Shown: positions 1-12,100 of the stretch, piece after piece
How positions within the stretch are numbered: the first letter of the stretch is position 1
Layout of the letters: every line of letters begins with the position of its first letter
Assembly: GCA_013239625.1 (NCBI GenBank)
Contig: MU054212.1
Coordinates: 5,490,270-5,554,269, forward strand
Source of the DNA: Lama guanicoe
Lineage: Eukaryota
DNA: 64,000 bases
Direction of reading: 5' to 3'
Notes under the pieces: model-generated
What the model was told of the DNA's origin: nothing
What the model saw: the letters and a program-made list of their open reading frames with translations, nothing else
Database searches by the model: none
Position numbers and translations under genes: made by a program

Positions 1-370
1 ACTATATCAATATTTAATCAGTAAATCAAACGTTAAAAGACTTTTCATTTATTATAAGAGAAGAGCAAGCTATGTGCTGTATGCAAGAAATACACTTCAA
101 ATAAAGGCACAGATGCGATGAAAATAAAGGAAAGGGAAAGAGATACACTCTTAGAAAAATACTTAACAAAAGAAAACTGATATAGCTATATTACTATCAA
201 ACAAATTAGAATTTAAAATGAAAATATTACAAGTGATAAAAAGAAACATTTCATAATAATAAAAGTAGCAATTAAACAAAGATATGAAAATTCCAAATTT
301 GTATAAAATTGTCAAAAATTTTAAAAGACAGGTAAATCCATAATCATAATAGGAAGTATAGATAAGTAGA
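1..370 (+). mobile_element. Old LINE-1 fragment (ORF2 endonuclease region, degenerate)
   Basis: A-rich sequence resembling the start of L1 ORF2 (tatagctatattactatcaaacaaattagaatttaaa...catttcataataataaaag); no intact ORF; boundaries approximate. Confidence 0.6.
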
Positions 371-1081
371 AAGTAACATACTTGGTTTCACTAATAATTG
401 CCCATCATTTCTGACTAGAAGGTCATAGTGAAATTAGCAAAATACACAACTCAGCTTGGAAAAAGAATCCCCAATGACTATTCAAAATGCAGGGATTCTG
501 GAACTGCTTAGACCGGGGAGGGGGGCGGGGAGGAGGAACAAGTCATCTCATCAACAGAGATATGAAAATGAATGTGGTCAGTCTCTGCATGTTTTGTTAA
601 TATTATTTTAGGTAGAAAATGGAGGAGCAGGGGGGAAAGCCACTTACATTGGTCTCTATCCTGAAATCTTAACCTCATTAATTTTAAATTAGAATTTTAG
701 AAAAATAGACCATAGCCCAAAACTGAGATTGTGACCTAGTGGTGGCCAGGTATGAAAAATAAATCAATTTTCTCATAGAAACCATCTCGAGTACATTTAT
801 TTGATTCATACTTGCTATAAGCAGCAACAGCAGCAGGAAGAAAGCACATAGAAACAGCTACCCACCACACGTGAATTGCACTGAGCTTCTATGGTGTGTG
901 AAATAAAGCATTTGGTTTTAAAAAGAGAAGGGGAAAAGGGAGAAAGAAAACAGTGGAAGTTAACAGCAAGCTCAGGTAGAGCTGATGTAATTAAGAACAG
1001 GTAAAATGGATTAATGATCATGGTGTCATACACTAGTCATCTCTGATGCCTTCCTAAAATTATCTAAACATTATTTGGGCA

Positions 1082-1614
1082 TGTGGATGAGAAGTGTTGC
1101 CTGCCATTTCAGTAAACAAAGGATATTGCAACCATCAAGCCATTATAGCCGCCCCGACAGTGAGCTTTCAGGGAATTCGGGGTGGAAACAAAAGGGCTGC
1201 CTGCTGCCAAGCCCTCAGCCACTGCAGCTGCCTGTCACCCCCAAAGGTGCACTCAGAGGGGACTCAGGATGGGAAAGAACAGGATACTGGCCCTAAATGT
1301 CTAAGGTGCATCTCAAAGGAATGATTTCAGTGAGCCCAGACTCTTGCATCTTCCCATACACACAGAAGGGCTAAATTCCTTAACTTAGACATCTGGTTTT
1401 CTTTCATTAACAGCAATCTTTTGATGTTTTGACTACCTGGTCTTTGTTGCAAAAAACTCCTATACATCCGGGCTCCTCCCTTACCTCTTCGGAGCAGTCC
1501 CTCAGAGCTATTTTGGGAGGCTGCCTCCCGGGCTTGAAGTCTTCAGAAAGACTGCTGAATAAAACATAATTCTCAACTTTTAGGTTTTGCCTTTTTTGTT
1601 TTTCCCAGGTGACA
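1082..1614 (+). mobile_element. Solo LTR, ERV1-like (533 bp)
   Basis: Starts TG (1082) and ends CA (1614); 4-bp target-site duplication GGCA at 1078-1081 and 1615-1618; AATAAA at 1558-1563 followed by a T-rich U5-like end. Confidence 0.85.
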
Positions 1615-2784
1615 GGCACATAAAATAAACTCAAAGATAAAACAAGTTCTGTAGGAAAATGGCTTGACAAGGGCCCTCATCTGTTTTTGTCATGCATGTC
1701 AGTAAGCGTAATCAAGGTCATTTTTAATTTATAATAAAAGTTAGGTAAGTTGCCAAGTTTAATCTCCTTGAGATCTTCGCTCTAATCTGCTTAATTGTCA
1801 TAAAGATGGTTCTGTATGTTTACTTGATAGGATCCTTGGAACATAAATATTTATGTCCTTTACCTTTCTTATCGGCTTGAAAAATGGTAGGACTATTGGT
1901 GCAGAGATGAATAGAAAATCTAGACCGTGGAATACAGAGAACACAGATCATGGCATAGTATGAGTAAGAACATGCAGGCTCTGTTTAAGAGGGATGTTTT
2001 TCAAGTGTTGGAGCAAAAATGGATGGACTTAGGGTGGAGACAGAATATTCAAAGGTGATATAAGCTGGCTGGCAGGCAAACATCAGATCTGAAATCAGAC
2101 CAGGCTTGTGGCTGTAAAGACATGTTAGAAGACAAGTCGGTTTCCCATCATTCGAAGAGGAACAAGCTGCCAGATGCTGACATGGGCAACTTAAGTTCCC
2201 CAAGACACATGCTGGTTCATGCCTTTTTCTATATTCTTTGTGATATTCCAAAGTCACTCACAAGAGCGCCTCTCCCGTGACGTGAAGGACGGGATCTGGC
2301 AAGTGGTTAGTGCAGCTCTAAGACGGGGAGGCAGTAAACATAAGATAAAAAGAAAAAAGAGAGAGAGAAAATGGGGGGGGGCAGGAAGGAGAAGAAATGA
2401 GGAAGAGGAAGAAACTGAGAAGAGAACTTAAAAAAAAGGCAGAGAGAAAAGAGGAAGAGAAGAAGGAAGAAAACCCTTTATCAGCACTGACTCATCTCAC
2501 CAGGGGAGCAGGAATCACAACTCAGGTCTCTCCCGAGCTCAAGGCCCTCCAGCGGGCTCCTGCCTTATTCAAAGATCCCACACCATTATTATAGCCACGG
2601 AGCCCACAGGATCTTCCCAAGGTGACACCCCCTCCGCGGCTCCTCGCACTCTGCCACTCGAGGTCCGCGGCGCTCGCATCATGAAACAGACCCAGCGAAA
2701 TCCTACAGCACGGCCTCTGTGTCAGCTGTTTCCTTTCCCCAGAGCGTTCTCTCCCCTCCCACGCCCCCACATCCACCCGGCTTT

Positions 2785-3100
2785 CTCATTCACTCCTTTC
2801 AGGTTTTTGCTCAAATGTGACCTGATTATTAGAACCTTCTGTTACCACAGTAAAATAAAAATCTTCCATATTTCTCTAGGCCCTTATTCTGCATAATTTT
2901 TTTTCTTTACATCATTTAATGCTGCATGACATATGATACATGTTATCTGTACATTTTGCTAATTATCTGTCTCCCTTCCCTTCTTCATGAGAACACAGAC
3001 TTTGGCTATTTTATTCACTGCTGTATCTTTAGCTTCTAGAACTTTGCCTGGCATGTGATAGTCGAGCAAGAAATAATTGTGAATGACTTGCTGACTGACA
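2785..3100 (+). mobile_element. LINE-2 3' end fragment
   Basis: L2-like motifs gctcaaatgtgacc, ttattcactgctgtatc, tgcctggca and a terminal tgaatga-like tail; approximate limits. Confidence 0.65.
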
Positions 3101-3156
3101 GGGAAGGAAGGAAGGAGGGAAGGAAGGAGGGAAGGAAGGAAGGAAGGAAGGAAGGG
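3101..3156 (+). repeat. (GGAA)n/(GGGA)n purine microsatellite
   Basis: Seen directly: gggaaggaaggaaggagggaaggaagg... Confidence 0.95.
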
Positions 3157-3890
3157 GACTTGCTTTAGACAATAAACTGAAGTACAGTGAAATTAAATAG
3201 TTTATCCAGATTACTTGGCAAGTTAAATACTTCCCCATAATGGGCCAAACAATCTTTGTAGATATTTAGAACATAACTGCTTTCAAATTTTAAACTGTTG
3301 TTTACTTTGGGTATACATGTGTGTTTTTGTTTTCTTTTTTTGTACTTCTCTTTGGATCTTTGTTGTGATGTCTTATTTTCAGCTCTCAAGATAATAATTT
3401 ATTCTGTTGTTACATGTTTGGTGTAAGTGTTGGTGTGTAACTTCGAGATAGGAAATTAGTCTAATTGGCTGCCTGAGATAATTTGCTTAATTAGATTACC
3501 TGCAAATCTGGTCAGAAAACAGGCTAGAGGAGCTTACAACCTTTTCAAATATCAGCAAATGTAGTTTTTATAAAAAATGAAAAGCCATCCTGGATCTAAA
3601 GCTCTTAGGATGAGAAACCCTTCCTTTGGATCCCCAATTTCTTGGAGGAGCGTAAACTCTGAAATTCAGGCACAACCCATGAATCGATGAGTGACAGAGA
3701 ACCTTAATTTTAGTCTGATAAAATTTAACATTTAAAAAATTTTTGCAGTCAGCTTAATAGGATGTGAGGGGAGTATCAAGATAAAAACAAAAAGTTATGA
3801 AAAAACATTGACATTTTCTACATCTGAATTTGTGATCGTGGATGTTATTTGTGTCCTTGGCTGACACATTTATAAGACAGAATTCCTTCT

Positions 3891-3997
3891 TTTTTTTAAT
3901 TTATTTATTCATTATTTTTAATGGAGGTACTGGGGATTGAACCCAGGACCTCCTGCATGCTAAGCACACACTGTGCCACTGAGCTCTACCCTCCCCC
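3891..3997 (-). mobile_element. tRNA-derived SINE (camelid Vic-1-like)
   Basis: Reverse strand reads GGGGAGGGTAGAGCTCAGTGG...GGTCCTGGGTTCAATCCCCAGTACCTCC with A/B boxes and an A-rich tail; flanking direct repeat AATTCCTTCT at 3881-3890 and 4002-4011. Confidence 0.9.
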
Positions 3998-5154
3998 GCA
4001 TAATTCCTTCTAAATGATATATGATCTTTCTGAATCGAGAGGGTGAGGTGAATAAGGCTTCCTATTGAAGAAAACAGTATTTTGAGAGTTGGACTGAGGG
4101 AAGTAGTCATATTTAACTCTGAGGACCATTCCCAGAGTGGATCAGATACATTCAGTATAACCAAGTTAGAATCACAGAGCAAAAGTGGGACTAAACCAGC
4201 GTGATCCTAATAAAATTCACACCACTTTTTTTCCTCTCTACTTTGGTTATTGTCTCCTTCCATGCTTAATATATTTAAGCCATTTTCTTGCATTGCCCCA
4301 CATAAACTTCTATTATATATCTGCTTTAACTTGTCTATGATGATTTCATATTGAGAAAAAAACACAGAAGTTTCAGTGTATCAAGAATCTCTGTGAAATT
4401 TCACTTCAGCTTGAAACCCGTCACATCATGTCAGAGAAATCTGCAGTGTCTGAGCCAGAACGCCGACGACTCAGCACGATGCTGTGATGGAACCAGCGAC
4501 GCGGTGCAGCTCCACAGACAGAGACTTGCCTCTATGCAAGAAGTCAGTCTACTAGGGGTAACATGGAAACCCGCCCTTTAGTTTAAAAATATATGAACAC
4601 ATATCACACAGCATGTATTTACCTTACGTATTTGAAAAGAAAACAATAAAATCAATTTTGAAAATATGTGGGAACTTAGGAATATCCAGGTTTCTTCTAG
4701 AATAGGATTACATCTATTTGCTTGCCCCTAAGTGAAAGACTAGCTTATAATAGCCCAAGGGCATGTTTCCCCCTGTGGCTGAACTGTGCACAGGACACAG
4801 AGAAGACGTAGGTTGCAGGTGCTTCTGCCAGTGCTTAGCTTCTTTGAAACTGTCTTCATCATACGTGATAGCAGTTTGACATCATACGTGATAGCAGTGC
4901 TTCTCTGGCGCTGCCCATGTGTTTGTGCGGCCCCAGCTGCCTTCCGGCTGGGCTCAAACCCAGGAGAGGTCTGGGGACTGAAGGGTGTGTCCCCCACTCT
5001 CAAGCAGATACTTGAAAATAAGCCGTGGCCACTGGGAGCCAGAGGCAAAGGCAGAATACCAAGCCTCTCCTACCTTGAGGCCTCGTGGAATTACCTCGCC
5101 CCCAAGAAAGGCTGAAACCAGTCTTTCTTGAAGGGACGTATATTGGTTTGTTTT

Positions 5155-5700
5155 TTTTTTTAACGTGATGAAAAGCACATGGCATGAGATGTACCCTCAA
5201 CAAAATGTTTACGTGTATAATATTGTTAACTGTAAGCCCAATGTTGAGCACAGATCTCTAGAACTTTCATCTTGCCTAACTGAAACTCTATGCCCATTTC
5301 CCCCTTTCCCCCCAGCTTCTGGTAACCGCCATTCTACTTTCTGTTTCTGCAATTTTGGCTACTTTTCATACTTTATGTAAGTACAGTTGTGCAGTATTTG
5401 TCCTTCTGTGCCTGGCTTATTTCATTTAGCACAATGTTCTCCAGATTCATCCATATTGTAGCGTATGGTGTGGTTTCTTCTTTTTTGTGACTGAATGGTG
5501 TAGCTGCTGTGAAAAATGGTATGGACATTCCTCCCAAAAGTTTTAAAAACAGCTACTATATGAGCTAAAAGAATTGAAATCAGAATCTTGAAGAGGTATC
5601 TGCATTCTCGTGTTCATTGCATTATTCACAGCAGCCAAGAGGTGGAAACACCTAACTGCCCGTGATGGGTGGGTGGACAAAGAGAAGATGGTGCACACCC
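5155..5700. mobile_element. LINE-1 3' fragments (antisense about 5155-5500, sense about 5500-5700)
   Basis: Antisense L1 3' UTR motifs (cagtatttgtccttctgtgcctggcttatttcatttagcacaatg) joined to sense motifs (gtgttcattgc...attattcacagcagccaagaggtggaaaca). Confidence 0.7.
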
Positions 5701-6635
5701 TCAAAGGAAGGGTGCTTCTTACCTTTCGTTTCGTGATCTCCAGTTTCTTGTTCGTTTGAATAGCAGGTAAGAACCTGAGTTTACTTCTCCAGAAGTTCCA
5801 GAAATAGATCTCCTTTTATTTCTCCATTACTCAGTTTCTTTTTCAAGTCATTATTGAGTTAAGGAGGCAGAAAAATAAACCTCAGTCTTTTGGGGTTTTA
5901 GCTTCACTTCCCTTTTCCGGGGTTGAGTGTGTGTCTCAGTCACTCCGACAGAGACCCAGGGACACCAAGTGGGGACAGCGTCTGCCAGCTGGTCGTCATG
6001 CCACACAGGTGGTCACCAAGGCAGGTTCTACGCTTACTTCACAGTCACCTGAGTGCTTGAGACCTGAAATCTCTAGGTGTTAATTCTATGGCACATTGAC
6101 AGAGCATCTAAGAAACACAAAAGGACTTAGTTGCGTAAATGGGATGATGGTTGGAGAATTTTTAAAAAACTATCAGAAAGAAAAACATGTTATAGAATTT
6201 TTGTATTATGAGCACAGATTTGGGGGGGGGGAAATAAGTGTTTTTTTCTCCCTTCCTCTTTTTTTTCCCTAGATAAGCATAAACTTTTCCCTAAACAGAA
6301 ATTAGATACTGTTTTGTATTATATTCAACTACACTTTCACTGCCTGTATACCTAACACTTATAAGTCTTTTACTATGTACAGGCAATGTTCTGAATGCTT
6401 TAAATATGTTAACTCATTTAATCAACCCCCCAACCCCATAAGGTTGGTATTATTATTTTGATTTTAAAGATAAAACTAAGACTTAGCGAGGGGATAAATA
6501 GCCTCTCTAAACACAACAAAGATAGTACTGAAGATCTGTTTCCATGCCAGTCTTAAGCACAATTTTGCAACATGATCACCTTGGAATAATGTAATCTCTA
6601 AAAATAGCAAAGACAAGAAATCAAATTAGCATTGT

Positions 6636-6641
6636 TTTATT
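6636..6641 (-). terminator. DSC3: Candidate DSC3 polyadenylation signal
   Basis: AATAAA on the minus strand about 1.8 kb after the stop, followed by U/GU-rich TTTGATTTCTTGTCTTTGCT. Use is not demonstrated and the UTR may run further. Confidence 0.5.
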
Positions 6642-7689
6642 ACATCCTATATCTGTAAATCTTGTTTTATACATCAAATTTTTGCTTACTTTAACCTGCC
6701 ATGTTTCTCTAAAAGCAAAGTAACTTCTTATAATAACAAAATTATAGCTCTGTTTAAAATACTGCAAAACCAACCTCACTGCGTTTTAGACAGATAGTAG
6801 CAGCTTCCTTATAAAAATAAGAAAAAATAATCTGTACACTTATAGAAAAGTTCAAAGACTGGGGAAAAGAATGAAAGCTTCCAAAAGATATTTTCTTTCA
6901 CACTAAAATAACATCATTTTTCACCTTACACATAAGGAAAGAAGAATATGTTAAAAATGTTTGCACTAAAAATAAGAAGCTTTAAAAGGAAAATTACTCT
7001 TTAAAATGTCTACGTCTAAAATGCTAAATTTCAGGGGCAAATTAGAAAACAGAAAATGGAGCATCAAATAAAAAACTTTAAGCACACATCTGATTGAAGA
7101 CCTCCCATCGCAGTGCCCAGAGGGCTGCGAAAGGGACACTGCGTTCCCCGGATCGCCTTGTTCGTTGGTCCTGCACAGCCAGTTCGGGCCCATCCCAGCA
7201 ATGCCTTCAGAGTCAGCATGCAGTGAGCTCTCCTCTCTTCTCCATTCCACGCTCCAAAGAAGGTGAGGCAGGGACAAAGAGTTGGTGACACTTCACCAAA
7301 ATTCAGTAGCAGCCACGCCTGGCCTGAGAAAAGAAGAAAAAGGGAAGGCCTGGCCTAGGACAAGTGAAGAAGCAAACAAGGTGACTTTTATTCCCACTGG
7401 CATCCCTTTGGTGGCCTCTCTCTTTGTCCTTGAAGGCCCAGGTTTTCATGCTGCTCTCTGTGCAAATACCCAACTCGGGCTTGCCCTCTCCCAAAGTCCC
7501 CTATGTACTCAAACGACCACATAGTCTTTTTCTTTCATGAATTCAAAATTCTTAATTCTTCTGTTATTTTAAAAATCCTCATAAGAAAACAAACTCATAT
7601 AAAATTAATTCATACTGAAGGGTGATTGGCAGCACAGCACAATTTTTGGTCTAAACTTTCTTAGTGTAGTTTTCACAGTGTGGCTATGC

Positions 7690-7836
7690 TTTTTCTTTTT
7701 CTTCTCTTTGTTTTGTTCTAGGAGGATAATTAGGTTTATTTATTTACTTATTTTTTTTAATGGAGGCACTGGGGATTGAACCCAAGATCTGGTGCATGCT
7801 AAGCATGTGCTCTACCACTGAGCTATACCCTCCCAC
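7690..7836 (-). mobile_element. tRNA-derived SINE (Vic-1-like) in the DSC3 3' UTR
   Basis: Same A/B-box body as the other copies; TSD GTGGCTATGC at 7680-7689 and 7837-7846; sense to the DSC3 mRNA. Confidence 0.9.
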
Positions 7837-8437
7837 GTGGCTATGCATTTTTGAGACCTTACTCGGGCAACTGAGTAGAGAGAACTTCTTTTTGTGATCT
7901 AGTTGCTACCCAAAAGGAAAATAAAATTCCAGTAGTCCTCAGAGCAAATAACTAGGTGCTACCGATTTTTTTAGAGCTAAAAAATCCCACATAATTTCCC
8001 ATGATCTTAGTATTCCATTTTTATCTACATGTGGAACAAGAACAGAATTTCTAGCCCAGATAGCCGTTCAACTATATTCAATCAAGTACAGCTACTATTA
8101 GTTGGACTAATATTTGGGAAAATATCTGTAAAGGAGAGGAGGTCCTTTATAGACCTTAATTCCAGTGCTATAGCATGAGATTTGCTGGTTGTCTATTTAC
8201 TCATCAGTAAAGGAGGCAAAATCTATTTTAACATTTTAAACTTCTTGAACAGATAAGTAACAAATTGCTTTAAAATTACAAATTGGTACATAGCATAATT
8301 TGAAAATTTAGGAAAATTCATATGTATTCATATTCATATGTATCTATAGAGAGAGGTATAAATTGCATTTTGCAATATCCCTTTTGGAAACCTCCAGGAT
8401 GTCTGAGAAAGACGTGTCTGATAGTAGCAGTGTGACA

Positions 8438-8635
8438 TTATCTCTTTGTGCAGGTTTCTGCTAACGCAGTGAATTTGGCTTCCAAATTATTTAAAAAGTC
8501 AAGGCCATCTTCTTCCTGTTTTTCACTGCAGCAGCCCACAGAGCCAGCTGGAGACCCGCGTCCTTCGTAGTTGTACGTAAGGACGTAATCTTGAGATGGC
8601 ATGCAGTCTTCATCTTGATTACACAGATGCAATTT
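8438..8635 (-). CDS. DSC3: Desmocollin-3 terminal exon (a-form C-terminus)
   Basis: CAG acceptor, then [69 protein letters not shown]; 198 nt. Confidence 0.97.
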   Translation of the reverse strand, partial: KLHLCNQDEDCMPSQDYVLTYNYEGRGSPAGSVGCCSEKQEEDGLDFLNNLEAKFTALAETCTKR

Positions 8636-8717
8636 CTGTAAAATAAAAAAAAAAGGATTGTATTACTGTTTTAAACACACTTAAACAGATGAACATAAAA
8701 TATATTTTTTTATTTAC

Positions 8718-8760
8718 CTTTTATGTTTAATTTTTAACCAGTGTGTCCTCTAATGGATTC
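8718..8760 (-). CDS. DSC3: DSC3 b-form cassette exon (43 nt, stop at 8734-8736)
   Basis: TAG|GAATCCATTAGAGGACACACTGGTTAA...AAAG|GTAAAT encodes ESIRGHTG-stop, the known Dsc3b ending. Confidence 0.95.
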
Positions 8761-8964
8761 CTACATACAAAAAATGCACAGGGTTGGTCTCTGTCACAGC
8801 CATACCGCAAAGTCAGTATATCTTACATTTCTAGTAATCCATTCAAATAAAAAAAAAATGATGCCTACACATGTTATATTTAAGTACATTTAAATCACTA
8901 TTAAATTCTTATCCCTAAATTTTATATCTGGAGGTCAGGCTAGTTCACAAAATGGTGACAACAT

Positions 8965-9210
8965 GCATTGTGGTTAGACATTTGAACTTGGATTGTGAAA
9001 CAGCCCTGATTTTGAGACAGAGCTTGGCTTTACCTACTGGCTACATGACTTTGAGCAAGTTACTAGACATCTTTGAATCTCTGTTTCCTCATTTCTAAAA
9101 CAGGAATACAAACAATGACTACCTCACAGAATCATTATTAAATGATGCAATAATAGCACTTGAAAAATACCCTTATTACGTTCAGCACATGAAACATGGT
9201 CAATAAATGT
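8965..9210 (+). mobile_element. MIR SINE
   Basis: MIR core tgactttgagcaagttact...tctctgtttcctcatttctaaaa...acctcacagaatc. Confidence 0.7.
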
Positions 9211-9879
9211 CTACTACGATCTCAATTATATGCAGATATAAAGTGGGTAAGGATTAAAGTATTGTCTTCAGAATCAAGTTTCCAAGAGAGCCACACATGG
9301 CAAAATTAAAAGATGCACCAAAAAAAGTCAGTGAAATTTAAAATAGTCAGGATAACCCACATTGCAAAAACCCACATTGCAAAAGCATTGGAATGGAGGC
9401 CATGCATTTAGCCACACTTATCCTTGCTGTTCGTCACTGGCCTGTCTGCCTACTTGTCCAACTCCTGAACCTCCCCCCTTTCTTACCTGTGTTCCCATTC
9501 CCTCCCCAAACCAGTGCTTCTTTCCTTGGCTTATGTTATCCGGTGTCTTTCTTCATGACCATTTAGCCTCACATCCCATGACTTGCTGATGTGCACAATG
9601 AAGAACACCTTACCTAAGACTGCTTCTTAAGCTTTGCTCCTGCTCAACCTGATCTTACATGAACACTGACTGTCTAGAAACAGAAAAAGTATTAACACTT
9701 GAATTTGATTTAAAAAAAAATGCTGTGGACCTATGATAACCTACAGCCGTGTCACAGAATGTTGCCCACTTGCAGTCCATCAAAGGGCTTCAGGGCTTCT
9801 GGACCAGTGTTTGTGTTAAGTGCACTCATGTTCTCTGATAAAAGAAGTGAAAACTTAGTACTGGAAAGAACATATAATC

Positions 9880-10045
9880 CCGTGGCTTTCTACTCAGGCT
9901 GCACATTTGAATGACCTGAGAGGCTTTGAAAAAACTAAAAGCCAAACCAATTAAATCAGAATTTTTCAAGGTGAAGCGCGGGCATTAATATTTTTTTAAA
10001 GCTCCCCAGGGAATTTAGATGCCTTGCCAGGACTGAAAACCCCTT
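9880..10045. mobile_element. MER5A-like hAT DNA transposon remnant
   Basis: ggctgcacatttgaatgacctg...ccaattaaatcagaat...ttttaaagctccccagg; similar copies at about 20620-20785 and 55945-56126. Confidence 0.65.
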
Positions 10046-10578
10046 ATTGAATCCTTTTTTCTTTCACACCCTTGCTTTCCTCTGTATTAGAAAACACTTT
10101 ATATTTGCATGGTGTTTTTCACATGAAAAATAGTTCCTGCAGGTCATATTTTTTAATGTTCATCATAGAATTGTATACAGATGCTTTGTTTTCACAGAGA
10201 AATGCAGATTGGATTGGGGGAGTTTTGTAATTGTGAAGGATGAGATTTGTTTTTCATATTCTTCTGTATTAAAAGAGTTTGTGAGATAAACACACACCTA
10301 AAAATGAAATGTAACTTCAGTGAGGGACAGTAGAAGCCTCCGATTTTCACAAGATTTTAGAAATTAAGATAAATATGACAGATTAAATAAAGTCTCTCTG
10401 CTGTTAAATAACGTAACAAAATCAAAGAGCAGAGGCAAAAATAACCAGAGATTGAGAAAGAAAGGATACATTGAAGAACATGGTAAATCAGTTTTGAAAA
10501 TACATGTTAATCTCAATTTCCTAGGGTACTCCACTTGGACATTTAAATTATAGAGTCAAAACACTCAGGGAAACTCAC

Positions 10579-10836
10579 TTCACCGAGACGGGGCTGAGTG
10601 AAACTGTACCACTCTGAGTAAGTGTGTCTGGAGTTGTCCGTCTCCACAGGGCCTCCCCTGCAGGACTCCAGGGTGTGATGCTGCACGGCCGCCCGGCACG
10701 ACTCCAAGGTCTGGTGGCCTCCTTTTATCATCTCAATGGTCTCCTGGCCTCCGTTTTTGACTCCTGACCCTATAGTACCACACAAGCCTTGGCTAGAGTT
10801 GTTGACTGTCTGGGTCATAAACCCATTGGCAGAACA
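10579..10836 (-). CDS. DSC3: DSC3 exon 15 (cytoplasmic)
   Basis: [17 protein letters not shown]...[12 protein letters not shown]; 258 nt; CAG acceptor and GTGAGT donor. Confidence 0.97.
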
Positions 10837-11379
10837 CTGAAATGAAATAAAATAAGACGACTCACATTGGGAAGAAATGGATTCCAAGTAAAGTCAATGG
10901 AAGGCAAAGGAGACAGTTTCTTTACTCAACCTTTTATTCATCCATTCATTCAACAGACATTTATCATTTTCCAATTAGGTGCCCAGTCTAGGGAGGCAAA
11001 GATAAAGACATGGTCTCTCAGTGGCCCTGGAAGCCCTTATTGCAATGGGGCAGAAAATAGACAATTACTTTAAGAATGTGATTACTCTGATATATAGATG
11101 AACACAAAGGCAACCAATAGAGGAGGAGCATTAAAATTCAAACCCAGGGAGAGTAAGCAGAGCAAACTGGGCCAACGCTGAGCTGAGGGAGTCCTGCTGA
11201 GAAACGGGAGGAGGAAGGCACTGCCCGCAGTGGGGGCCGGGGGCAGAGACACACAAGGCCCTAGCCCACCTTCAGCGTGTTGAGAATGGCTGCCACAGCG
11301 AGTCCAGAGACAGAGAGAGCGAAGGAGCTGGAGAAGTTCTAACAGACAGGAGGACCTGAAGAGCCATATGCCATGCTAA

Positions 11380-12100
11380 CCATTTTAGACTACCTTGAAG
11401 ACTATGAGGACTCAAGGGTGTTTAATAACAGGAAAGGGATGTATTTTTTAAAAAATCATTCTAGGTACTAATGCAAAAGACAGATAAGAAAGAGACAAGT
11501 TTAGTGTCATGGAAATCAGGGAGGTCATTGAATCATTTTAGGTGACAAAACGAAAAGGATCTAAGCCAGTCGAGGCAATAATGTGTAAAAGAAGGGGATG
11601 GAGTCCATGGAGAGCTTATCGGTGGTGAGGTGGATAAGGCAGCAAAGGGAGGAGTCAGGAATTATTCTGATGTGTTTTGCTTGTGCAACTAGATAGATAG
11701 TGTAATTCACTGAAACAGGAGAGAAGGACACACTTGTGGGTAGGAGGAGGGTGAGCCCTTTGATTGTGGATGTGGTCACTTTGAGAAACATGTGGATATC
11801 CAAAGTGAGCATATGAATATGTGGTCTGGAGCTCAGGTGAGAGAGCAGACCTGGAACTGGAATTCTGGGAGGGGGGAGCTGAAGCCATGGGAATAAATGA
11901 TATCACACAGAGAAAATCACGGACTGAAAGAAAAGAAGGCTAAGATTAGACTGACCAAAAAAAAATCATGTTTTAAAGAGGGGGATAAAGGAATTGGAGC
12001 TGTGAGAGAATTAATCTGGAATAGCCACTGAGATAATAAGGAACTAACGAGGCATGACTCTGAAGCCAAACCAAGAGAGGATTACAGTAAGGGGGGTCAA
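11380..12100 (-). mobile_element. LINE-2 fragment
   Basis: Antisense L2 motifs (gtgtaattcactgaaacaggaga, gtctggagctcaggtgagag, gaagccatgggaataaatgat); approximate limits. Confidence 0.6.

Noticed and set aside
3891..3997. tRNA gene (also near 7760-7835 and 27912-27990)
   Set aside because: A-rich tails and TSDs show these are tRNA-derived SINEs.
9354..9383. 15-bp tandem duplication (similar 16-bp case near 40887-40914)
   Set aside because: Ordinary slippage micro-duplications with no further structure.
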